A stretch of DNA of 64,000 nucleotides from Eledone cirrhosa (lineage: Eukaryota), in the NCBI GenBank assembly GCA_964016885.1, contig OZ024745.1:48732001-48796000 (forward strand). The letters are read 5' to 3'. This document shows positions 1 to 13,200 of the stretch, piece by piece. The position numbers and the translations under genes were made by a program. The notes beneath the pieces were generated by a model that ran no database searches, was not told the DNA's origin, and was given only the letters and a program-made list of their open reading frames with translations. The stretch's first letter is position 1; each line of letters starts with the position of its first letter.

Positions 1-269
1 TACTGATATCCATACTAATTTGAAAATAATAAAAGGTCATTCCATAAAAATCAGTTGTCCAGTAACAGGTATTCCACTGCCTGAAGTCAAATGGTTAAAA
101 GATCATGAAGATCTTATCCCAGATCCATATGATCCACGCATTACAATTCTTTCAAAAGGGATGCAACTCCGAATAAACAATGCAACAGAAAGTGATACGG
201 CTTATTACTCTTGTATAGCAGAAAATCCATCTGGATCAGACTTGGAGCATTTTGATATGGATGTACTTG
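1..269 (+). CDS. Hemicentin exon 1 in window (Ig, 5' end cut off by window)
   Basis: [31 protein letters not shown]...[14 protein letters not shown]...DVL; donor G|GTAAAT at 270. Confidence 0.9.
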
Positions 270-3200
270 GTAAATATGCTTACAATATAAATAACAATCC
301 AGTCTGGAAATTTTTCAAACAGCGACAGCAGTATTATTTAAAATTTATTATCATCATTAGTTGCTTAACACTTCCTCTAAATCTTATGCAAAAAGAGAAA
401 ACTGTTATTAATAGTAATATTTTTTTTTGGTAGTTTGTAGTTTGTCTTGATCTTCCCTTTTGATGTTTTACTCACTTAACTACCATATATAACTACTCAT
501 ATATAAGTCACAGTGGTAAATAAGTTACACCTTCTTTGCATTTATAATATTTTGGCTTCATTATTTAGGGTGATGGATTGGCAGTATCCGTTCGGTAAAG
601 TGTCGGATAATATGCTTTGCAGCATAGAATTACGGCACTTTATGGTCTGAGTTCAAATCCTGCCGGTGTTAACTTTACCTTTCATCCTTATGAGATCGAT
701 AAAATAAAGTCCCAGTAATGCACTGGCCTTTGATAGATAAATTCTGTGGTATTTCAGACCTAATTTTTTTTAATGAAACAACTGTAGCTTATCTATAAAC
801 ATTTGTATGTTGTAAAAGTTGTGAGTTTACGAAACTGTCTTTCTCAACAAAAATATAAACTAAAGAGAAAGCTAGCTTCAATACTTTTATTTTTATTTTT
901 TTTATTTTTATTTCTCCATACAAATTTTCTAAATTCAGATATTTCAATGTAAAGTACACTCTTTTTATTTTCAATCATGAATCCGTGATACCCATAAATT
1001 GCATCACATTTCCATTTAAAACTACTTTTATTCCAATGTTATTTTCTATTATAACTAAATTTCTCTTTGCAGTTCCCCCTAGTATCGATGAATCGAATAT
1101 TGTTTTTAATCCCAAAGTGGTTCTAAACAGAACTTTAATCTTGGAATGTCCAGTTTCTGGCATTCCAAAACCAACAATTCGCTGGATGTTTAATTCAATT
1201 CCATTTGAATACATTCCACATGGAGTTCAACTGAAGAATGAAGCAAGAATGTTGCAGATTGCTCATACACAACCAACTCATGCAGGAAAATATAGTTGTG
1301 TAGCCAAAAATGAAGCTGGAGAACTTCAGAGAAACTTTGATCTAGAAGTGTTCGGTAAGTAAAATCATAATTGAAATGTTGAATATTTTTATACCTATGA
1401 TGCTGATGATGCCCAGTCACCAATTTTGACCATTGACTTGCATTCTCAACAATTTATTCTCTGCTTTGTCTGTTTATACACTATAATTTGGTGTAATTTT
1501 GTGGTTGAAATAAATAAAATGAATTAAAAGTTGAAATGTATTTTTCTACATTTTGTTGATATATCTAGATTATTGGTCTCCTTTTAAAGAAATAAGCTTA
1601 CCTATTTCATGGGGTTTTCTATAGTGTTTGGCTTAGTGGGTCGGGTTTTCAGCTCACAGTTACAAACTTGTAAGTTCGGTTCCCAGTGGAGCAATTGTGT
1701 TCTTGAGCAAGACACTTTATTTCACATTGCTCCAGTCTAACCAGCTGGCAAAAATGAGTTGTGCTTGTAATTCAAAGAGTCAACCTTGTCTGACAATATG
1801 TCATGCTGAAACTTCATGGGGACTACACTAAGGGTGAACGTATCTGTGGAATGCTCAGTAACTAGCACACTAATTTCATGAGCATGCTGTCCCATTGTTT
1901 GAAAAACTAGAATAGTTGTTGTTGGAATCAATGGAAGTTCAACAATAAAGAGAGAGAGAGTAAGCCCTTGTTACTCTGGAGTTACATCTGCACTCACACA
2001 GAATCATCAGACAAGACACTACTTAGCTCACCACTTCACCATATTAAATGAATATTTAAACTCTACTTTGGTATTGAGTACTTTTTCTCGTGTCTGTCAA
2101 TAATACACTTACATAGAGAGATAGATATAGCTATAAATGTAGATATATATAGATATATATTTCTTGTGGATATATTGTTTATGACAGACATAAACAAACA
2201 TTACCAATTACCCAAATAATGTCAATATGAAACTAAAACACATGTAGAGACAAACACACACTCATGCACACAAATACATATATGGTGATTATTTTCCACA
2301 CTACAAATGTATTTCTAATGCTCACTACAGTAAATATGCCAACATTAACTTAAATAAAAACAAAATCAATAGAAATGTTTTAGAAAACTGCCAAAAAACC
2401 CTATCCTCCTTCTTCTCCAAAGAATGATTGATGAATATATCTTCAAAAAGATGTGTTAATTATTAACCTTATTCATCCATTTCAGTACCACCAACTATAC
2501 GGCGAAATACTGCTTCAAAAAGTTTTAGAACACTTGAAAATAAAACTATACAATTTGAATGCCCAGTAGAAGGTATACCAACTCCTAGTATTATGTGGTT
2601 AAAAGATCGAACACCAATTTTAGATTTTCCCTACGAGAATTTGAAAGTTTCAAACCATGGCCGAAGATTAGTAATCAGTCATACTGGAATTGAAGATGCT
2701 TCAACATATACCTGTAAAGCCACAAATGTAGCAGGTCAAGCAAAGGAACAGTTTATCCTTAAAGTACATGGTAAGATCATTTTCTATTTTAGCACGGCTT
2801 ATATCTCTACAAAGTGTTTTCTTGCTTACATGTTTTGTTTTGTTTTATGCAATTATAAATATAGTAGTTAGTCTATATTGACCACACCAAAGCAGACATA
2901 GCTTTTACCAATAGTTATGTTCAACCATTTCCTTAAACAGCTTTTTAATCTAGCAAACCTTTAACCTTACTCTTCATGGTATTACTTTCCTCTGCCATCT
3001 CCTTCTCTCTCTCTCTATCTCTATCTCTCTCTCTCTCTATCTATCTATTTATCTATCTATATATATATATATCATCATCATCATCATTTTACGTCCGCTT
3101 TTCCCTGCTTATATATATATATATGAAAAAGTTTCTTGATTTTCAAAAGTTAAGAGAGATAGAGAGATGTGCGATGATGTCTTCGAGTAACTTGCACATC

Positions 3201-6026
3201 TCTCCATCTCTTAACTTTTGAAAATCTTAAAACTTGGGAAACCAGTAAAGTTATAAGTTATTTCATTTTCAACTTCTTCCTTCAGACAAAACAAATAAAA
3301 ACATTTTATAATAAACACAGACGCCACACTGACTCTACTGATACAGAAGTTAAAGTGCCTGCCATCCTGTCTGTACCTATTAATATCCCAATTCATTTAT
3401 ATTCCTTGCTGATACATCAACTTTCCAAATACACTTGCTCATTTCTAGACATAACCTTTATCATCACTGTATTTACCTCAATCAAACAAACAACAAGCTC
3501 TAAATCCTGAACCCTCTAATATCTTAAGCCAGCTTGCAAAAAGTATAATCACTAACCTATTGCACTGTTTCTTCTCTGTGTCTCTTCTATTGCTACTAAA
3601 CCAGCTCCTAATCTTCTCAACTAACAAATTTCATACCACTTCTGCTCTATAATATTTTCCATACAGGTATAAATCCATACAAATTCAATATCAATTGCCT
3701 TGTCTTAACCTGTCTGGGAAGATCTATAAATGTCCCAGATGCTACTGTTCCTCCACTCTTTATATAAAGATAGTTATATTGAAGATATTATCAACTGCCA
3801 TTTTACATTTATCTATGCAGGTCTTTATATTAATTCCGTCTACTTTGTTTAATCTTTTGATCTTTTTTTTTTAAACATAACTTGATGATATTAATTAACA
3901 GCCAATATTTCAACTCATTTCCATCCTGTCATCTATTATCTTATTACTCACCAGCAAAACAACATTCATTTCTTTCATTTCAGATGGTCTACCTTCACTG
4001 CCCAGGTTTCACTGTCGTTAAATAATAATTCCATGTCATACCAATGACACATATATATTGTTTGAGCATAGAGAAAACCTCTTTACTCTTAATTAGAACA
4101 TAATTTTTTTTTACTTTTCCAAACTCATTAAAGACTATAGCCACTCTGCCATCAAAAGTTCTACTACCTGCATCATTAAGTTACTTACTGGCAATCAAAT
4201 TATACCATTTCTTATATCAAATTATATAAAATATGAGAAATACTGTCAATGTATCTAAGCTACCACTTCACAGTATTACATGATTACCCACTATTTTACA
4301 CACTGATCAATATCATTTGTTAGATGATTTTGGTCTGTGAAGGTCCTGCTACTTAATGAGCCATATCCATGCTAAGTCCCTTTGATTCAAATACTTTCTT
4401 TCAGGTTTTGAACCTTTCCATTCATTGTGCAATGAAAATCTGGCCATCTTCATATAGAAGTTCCCAAGAGGACATATCCTCCTATTATAGCTACTGCAAT
4501 GAAAAACTGAAGGCTGAGAATAGACTGGTAAACACTTTCCTGGACTTCTAATTCCTCACTAAATGCATTGTGAACTCTTACTCTGTATCTAGTATTCCAT
4601 TAGAAACTTCTTCATAGCCTATCAGTTTACAGTCTGAGAAACTGTACCTTTTTAGATAAGTCAAATGTAAAAGAACCAATCAGTGTGTATAAAGAAAATA
4701 TGAAAGTATGTTTTTGAAGTTATGGCAATATATTGAGATCTTGTCAAATGAAGAAAAGCCATTACGAATTAAATAAGATCAACTTCCAAAATAGATACAT
4801 ATTTTTATTAAGGTAATTGATTAAAATATATTGTCTCAGAGTTGAATAAAGCCGAGGAAGAATTTTCATCAATATCATTGGTTGTTTTTGTTGTCAAGAT
4901 ATATTGCTACTGTTGTATTATTGCTTGTCCGATAACTATCTGCTGGTAAGTAAATATACTGGAATAGGTTTAACAGATTTATACTGAAGGAGAAGGTCAA
5001 CAAATTTCTGAGGAAAATGACTTTTACTGAAGTAGTAATAATTCAAAATATAGAAAATAGGCAATCCAGGCAAATTCAGGATAAAATATATTTGCAACCA
5101 TATTTATATAGAAGATTTAAGGGAAGGAAATTTATTTATGAAAACATAGAAAAGAATGAAGATGGCAAATAATGCTAATGATAATAATTTCTACAAAGCA
5201 AAGTGTCAACTGAAGTAAATATTAAGTACATAGTGGAAGTACTGGTGAAGCAGGTAGTGGGATCATAGGAAGTGAAGTAATAATGTTTTAACCTACTTTT
5301 TAAATTTCTGAACCAGAGTATATTGTATTTCTAGTTCTATGAACCTTCGTTGAAGGAGTATTAATCCCTTTTGCCAAGGTGAAGTAGGGTGGTTGAAACA
5401 ATCCTAATAATAATACAGCTGCTTATTTTAACTAACTTAGAGGAATAGAAAACTATATCAATACAAATTCTTTAATATCTTCTTGACTTTTTTCACTGAG
5501 TTTGTAATATTAATGTATTAGTTAAATAAAATGTAAAGTATTTTTTTAACCTAAGAGGCCCATCAAGCAAGATGTTATCCCAGATTCATGTGGTATTAAA
5601 CAACTAAGAATATAAGATAAGATGCCAGTTTGGTGCAAGATTAATCTCCAATTTCTGCTGCTGGCACTCGTTTTCAGCTGATTTAACAGAAACAATGGGA
5701 AATGAAGTGACTTGCTCAAGGACACTATGAACAGTTGTTATTATATATATACATTAATAATGTACAAAGCTGAATTTTTGGCTTTTAAGTACTGAGAATC
5801 TATATATAAGTGCAAGGATAAAGAGATGCTATAAACATAGCTTGTAAACTAGGATGAAGACCCTTAAAAGATGGAGAAAGAAATAGCCATCATCTGCTAT
5901 GAGAAAAAAATGTTTTCTTTGATAACATGTTTATTGTATACAAACATATAGTATATTCTTTCATATACACCTCTATTATGCTCAAATTCTGTCTTAATGC
6001 TACTACCAATATATATACACATATAA

Positions 6027-6080
<54 letters not shown>

Positions 6081-9000
6081 GTGTGTGTGGAGTATCTGTG
6101 GTGCTAAACCCGCAAAGACCACTAACCAAAGTAGTAATCAATGCATAATGGGATGCAAAGTTGGTATATATAGTAAGAAAAGATTCGACCCTAAACTCCT
6201 ATGGTTTCTGTCTGACTTCCCTCAGATGAGCATCTTCACGATTCCTGAAGACACTCATCTGTGAGAAGTCATGAGCAGAAACCATAGAAGCTCATGGTCG
6301 AATATTTTTTTCCTATATATACATACATACAGGAAAATCTGCTTCGTAGAATCGAGACATATCTGACAACCGTGTTGATTTCAGAGTTAGGTATGATCAC
6401 CATATCAATCGTGCCTCGAGCTGATCGCACGAGAAACATTTGTAATATGTCCAATAAATTCCTTTCGTCGCAACACTGATTCTCTTTTTTCTGTGATATC
6501 ATACTCTGCTCTACGAGGGCATTGAGTGCTTATATGGCCTACTGCATATGGACGCTTTAAGCATCCAACACCAATTATACATACATATATATATATACAC
6601 ACATATATTAACAGTTGTAATTAGACAAAACCTATTACAACAGGGACAGATGTTATCTTGTTAGAAAATGTGAAAGAAGCTTGTGAAACACTGACAGACT
6701 CAATTGAAGATAAAAAGTAATGTCTTCATCTTTGTCGGTAAAGTATAACTTGGGCAGTGAAACTTGGGTGCTTAAAGTAGAAAGCATCAAATGTCTGGAA
6801 AGAAATGGATTCAGTATTATAAGCTATAGAGGAAATGCGAATCTCATGGAATGTTTCAACTTGCTGAGAAAAAAAATTAATATGATTTAAATCTGGGCAA
6901 AAAAGTGACAAAAATGAACCTAAATGAGCAGGTGGATATTAATGATGCCCATATCAAGGTTGTATTAATAAAAACCACAAGAGCAGATTGTTGTAAAAGT
7001 TAGAATTAATGACAGAGGAGGAGGAGGAGAAGAAAGAATCAACAAGGAAGACCCAGAAACAAACAAAATTGAAACTTAAATCAATAAGGAAGCAAATACT
7101 CAACCAGCTAGAGTAGCAACAAAATCTCCTTCAAATCACATCTTACTGTCCTAAAAAGGGAAGGATACATTGAATAGTGTAGTTCCAGATATTACAGGAT
7201 GATCATGGCTGGAATGTCTTTAACCATAGATCTGCTTTATCAAATCTGATCACCTACAACAACTTTACAATGTCAGCAAATAATACAAATACTTCATCAT
7301 ATATGAACACTTCTTGATTTTATCATGTGACTACTAAGGAGAAATTATTCTTTGGTTATTAGGACATAAATCATCAAAGTGACACAAGAAATTAAAACAA
7401 AAAAAAACAAGATTATACAAAATGTTCAAATAACTTCCTTATTAGAATATCTTTGTAATCGTAACTATTTCAATACCTTGAAAGAAAATATTGTACAAGT
7501 GTCCAGCTGTACAGAACTAAGTTTATACACAAATTAGTATTGGTATCATGGTGATATGCACTCAGTATCCTCTGTAAAGTGATGAACAAACAGACTGAGA
7601 CAACATAGAATATAGAAGACCCTTTGATGCTGTCAAGACCTCAACAATCTCTCTAGTGTTGGTGCTATGGTAAACTACACACTGTTTACTCAGTAAAATG
7701 ATAATACTGGTGCCATGATAAAATACATTTAGTATACTTTTTAAAGTGGCTGGCATTAGGAAGTGTTTCCAGCTTTAGAAACCATACCAAATATCGAACA
7801 TAAAAACAAGATCTGATTCATTGAGCAGTCTAGTTTCAGACCATGATGACTCATCCAACCCATGTCAGCTTGGAAAGTGGCTGTAAAATGATGATGATGA
7901 TCATTGATATTATTTCTTTTTTATTTATTAAATATTGGATGTAGTGGTACTGTGGTAAGTTCTGAAACACTGAGTATATTACCTAGATTGTTAATGCCCA
8001 TGTATGAGCAACATCATTTTCTGTTTTCTCTTTAAAAATTTATTTATATAATAAAACTTTATTAAATATTCTGCTTTGATTTTAAAGTAACATTTGTCAT
8101 TTGTGAAAAATTATATTTCTTCTTCTTTAAACAGTGTTATTTAATTGTCAAGTTATTAAAATGTTTCTTCTATAAACAGTATTAATTGGCAAGATATTAA
8201 AGTGTCTCTTCTTTAAACTGTATTATTTAATTGACAAGATATTATTTTAACCAACAGTCCCACCAATGATACAAAATGAAAAGATTGAAGAAAAAGTTGA
8301 AGCTGTTGAAACTAAACCACTTCTGCTAGAATGTATCACTTCAGGCGTTCCTTCTCCAGATGTTTCTTGGTATAAAAATAATGAATTGATTGATTTTAAG
8401 GAAAAATCCAATATGCGAGCTATTCAAATAGAACATAAATGGCAATTACAAGCTATTTGGACTGAACCAGAAGATAGTGGACGATATTCTTGCCAAGCCT
8501 CGAATACTGCTGGCGATGCTATAAAGCACTTTGATATTACTATCCATGGTAAGAAATCTATGAATAAATAACCCTTTTGTTACCGCATTTCTGAAGGCTT
8601 AGTGGTTAGAGCATTGGGCTTGCAATCGAAAGGTTGTGAGTTCAATTCCTGGACCAGGTGATGTGTTGTTTCTTTGAGCAAGACACTTTATTTCACATTG
8701 CTCCAGTTTACTCAGCTGTAGAAATGAGATGATAGGACTGGGGTCCCTATCATTCCACTGCAAAGTGGATGTGGAGGTGCCACAGGGAAAAAACACCCAG
8801 CACTCACTGTAAATGAGGTTGGTGTTAGGAAGGGCATCCAGCTGTAGAAATCAAGCCAGAATCAGTTCCTGTATGAGCAAGACAAGGTCAGCCGACCGAA
8901 CACTACCCACAACAGGACAACCCGTCTAACCCATGCTAGCGTGGAAGAACGGACGTAAAACGGTGATGATGATGATGATGATGATGATTTCTAATTAAAG

Positions 9001-9919
9001 TCACTACTTATGATTGTTAAATCATTTTTTTAATAATCAAGAATTTTGAAAGATTTTGTAAAATAACCATTATTAAGCTAGTGTTTGGAACATGGGCAAC
9101 ATTGTAGCATGAAAAGAGGACACAGGCATGCATGGGTGACTGCTGGTCTTACACAAAAAACTTTTTCCAGAACCATGCCATAGAGAGGAACTTTGTGGGT
9201 TCAGATCCATAGTCCCACAAGGCATATGAAGGTCACAAATATGTATATATGTATACATGTGTATGAATTTATGTATGTATTTATGTATGTGCATAAAAGT
9301 TGTGTGAGCATTTGTGGGTTTTCGAGTTAATTTGAAACATATAATTACAACTAATTATATTTTCTTGATAGTGCCACCAAAGATAGAAAGTCCTGAACTA
9401 GAAGTAATGGAAATTATGAATAAAAGAACAATAACATTGATTTGCAAAGCATCAGGTATTCCAAAACCAACCATTTCTTGGTACAGAAATAATTTGATTA
9501 TTCCTACATATGGAAGTTCCAAAAAAAGAATCTTAAATCGAGGAAGAGAACTTTTGCTCACCAATACCAATATGGATGATTCTGGTCAGTACATGTGTGA
9601 AGCTACTAATATTGCCGGAAAAGCTCAAAAGCCATATCTTGTTACAGTGTTTGGTGAGTATATTTTTGCTAGTTTGTTTGTGTGTGTTTTCTTTTTTACT
9701 TTTTAATCAATCTTGAATAGTTTTCAATAAATTTTAAAATATTAATTTTATTGATATAGGTGCAGGCGTGGCCGTATGGTTATGCAACTCACTTTGTAAC
9801 CACAGGGTTTTGAGTTCAATTCTATTGTATGACACCTTGGGCAAGTGTCTTCTATTTGACTAATCCGTTGTGAGTGAACTTTATAGATGGAAACAGTGTA
9901 GAAGGCCATTATATATATA

Positions 9920-9969
<50 letters not shown>

Positions 9970-10226
9970 TTCAGACAAGTTGAGAAAACAACTATATGTT
10001 TAACAAAGTGAGGATTAAGCTCAATGTGAGTTGATAATCAGTAGGTGTGAAAGGGTGTAGAGCATCTAGACTTAATCCAATGTTTACGGTCGACTCACTG
10101 CATTGAAGGTAATATTTCCCTAATGCTAATTTAAATATTTATAGATCCAGATGAGCTGGTTTAATGAGAATATTCTCATCCAGCCTGGTGAAACATATGT
10201 TGATCAATTGAATTACAATTAACAGC

Positions 10227-10265
<39 letters not shown>

Positions 10266-13200
10266 GCGTGTGCGTGTGCGTGTGTGATAGTCTTTGTTTA
10301 AGGAGTTCATTTTGCAAAATTATGGATCTTAGTTCAATCCCACCCTGTGTCACTATTATAACTTACTGTTGATAAAATATAAAAAAAAAGCTCTTGGACT
10401 CTGCCATTCTCTGTCTGACTAAACAAAAAAGAAAAAAAATAATATATATCTTCTTTCTATTTTATATAGTTCCACCAAAAATTGAAACTTCTGGTTCAAC
10501 TAATATTGCTGCAACTGTTGATTCTCGAACTCTGCTAATGTGTGATTCCTCTGGTATTCCAACACCTTCAGTTCATTGGCAGAAGAATGACCATGACTTT
10601 CCTAAAGTTGGTGCACATTATCGTATGCAACACACAGGTACTCTGGAATTTGTACAAGTTAAAGTGACTGATTCAGGCAAATATAGATGTATTGTGTCAA
10701 ACAAGGTTGGAAATGCAACAAAGGAATATAGACTCAGTGTTCAAGGTAAGAGAAGATATTTCAATCCAGAACTGCTGTTCTACAGTATGTATTTAAACTT
10801 TTTGAAAACAAATCATTTGAACCAGCCCCTAGTTCTATGATACAAAGCTTTTATTTCAAAGTGTTTACATTTATTAAAAACCTTCCATCATAATTTTATG
10901 TAAGAATCTTTAAGTTATTTTCTAGATACCAGCTTATTAATGAGAAAGTTAGATATTTTACTAAATCCCTTCAAATTCCTGATTATTTTCAAAATTATTT
11001 GAAAATCCTAAGCAATGCATTGCATTGGCAATATGGTAATGAAAAGATTAATGAAATCCTAAAAAAGGAGAGGATAGCATGTGAGATCACTAATGAAATA
11101 AATTGATTAATAGATACTTATGTGTGGACAGAGTCCTCAAACATGCCTTTTAATGGATCATATCAAAATCAACCTTCTCCACTTGATCTGGTTAGATTTC
11201 CAAATGTGACCAGCCAAACTCATGGATGTTATCCAACCATTTTGCTCAGGGTCTGCCTCTGAGTCTCCTGCCAGTTGATTTTGTCGGTAAAATCTGTCCA
11301 ACGATTCTTTCTGACCACATGTCCTTAGTATCAAAACTATGATCTCTCAATTCGTAGAAGCAGTGGCTCTACCTGGAGTAACTCTCTGATCTCTGAGCTA
11401 CGCACTCTATCGAGTAACACTACTCCAAAACCCTTCAGAAAAACCCCATTTTGGCCGCTTGTATTCGTAATCATATTCTTTTGGTCATTACCCAAGATTC
11501 ATGACCATAGGTAAAGGTTGGCACAAATACAGAATTGAAGATAGTGACTTTGACTTTTATACCTACCTTCTTCTGATGACTGAATGTTGTAGCTGGTGCA
11601 TTACTGCACCAGCTCCTGCAATTCTTGCACTAAATTCATGAACACAGCCCTGACATACTTGAACTCCTCTACCTACTTCAGTGGAACTTCCCTCACATGT
11701 AGAGTTCACTGCACAGGCCTCCTTGAGAGGACGAGTGTCTCAGTCTTCACAGTACTGATTTTCATTCCAGCCATGCAGCACTTGGCATCAAACCTATTAA
11801 ACTGATGAGTTTTCAAATTAGTTTGCCATAACCTTAATTGTAGAACTAATTTGAAAACTGTTCAAATGTTTCCCTAAATGTTTATATTAAATTTCATTAA
11901 CAATAATGGTTGTAAATTATTAATAATTCAGTAGTAATTTGTTTCTAAATTTTAATATTTTACATTTTTAACTTTAATTTTTAATGGTTTAACATTTTCT
12001 TTTACTTTATCAGTTCCTCCTAAAATAATGAATGAAGGCCAATTAAATTTAAAAGTTGTTGAAAATAATGAAATCGAGCTGCCATGTCGTGCAGAAGGTT
12101 TTCCACAACCAAAAATTATTTGGCGGAGAAAATCAAAAATTCTATCAACTGGGCCAGGTAATCATGTATTTCATTTATGATTATTGAAAATAGAAACAAA
12201 TCAGCTTCATCTAATTCACTCACTGAAAATAAAGTATTTTTGTTTATTTTATTTGACAGTAGTAGATTGGTTGAATTGTTAGAGCATTGGATAAAAATAC
12301 CATTGTAGTATTTATTCTAGCTCTTTACATTCTGAGTTTAAATCCCACTGTGATCAACTTTCATCCTTCTGGAGTTGATAAAATAGAGTACCAGTCAAGT
12401 ACTCTGGTTCAACTTATCCTTCCTGCCTCCCACAAAAATTGGTGGCCTTGTGCCAAAATCAAAAATCCATTTATAAAAAGAGGGGTGAATTGGCAGAATT
12501 GCTAGGGTGTTGTACAACATGCCTTGCTGCATTTCTTTCAGCTCTTTACATTCTGAATTCAAATTCCACCAAGGTTAACTTTGCCTTTCATCACTCTGAA
12601 GATGATAAAATAAAATACCACTCAAGTTCTGGGGTAAATACAATTGGCTTCCCACTCCCACCCTAATTTGCTGGCCTGAAATTAAAAAGCATTAATATTA
12701 TTTTATTCAATATTTGCATTCAGGTATTACCATATATGATGATGGGGCTTTGGTTCTACATAGCCCAACAGTCAACGATTCAGGTCCTTATGCATGTATT
12801 GCAGAAAATAATGCTGGAAGCGTTGTTGGCCAAGTCCATCTCTTAGTTCAAGGTATGCTATTGTTTTTTTTTCTTGGCGGGGGGGGGGGGGATAATAAAA
12901 AGAATCTATTAATCAATGTAAAGTACAAGTACATATTGAGTAGTATCTAAGAAAAACAAAACACATTATTAAAGGAAATAGAAAAGGAAGAAAAAAGAAA
13001 ATGAAAAGGCGGAAAAGAAAATGAAAAGAAGAAGGATAAAACAACAAAAAAGAGAGGGGGAGGGACAATCACTACACCCCATTCTGAGTGGTGCCTCACA
13101 GCAAAAGCATTACCAAGGAGAATCGCCTGAGACACTTGCAACAACAGCCACCCCACCTCACGGGGCTCTCTCCTCAAGCTGATCGCTATATTTCCAACTT

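Noticed and set aside
3200-4560. Possible old LINE on the minus strand (DQIF-like motif near 4440)
   Set aside because: Too degenerate to delimit or classify by eye
6330-6575. CpG-rich segment with GHISTQC, possibly a LINE zinc knuckle
   Set aside because: Too short and lacking a clean CCHC pattern; family cannot be assigned without a search
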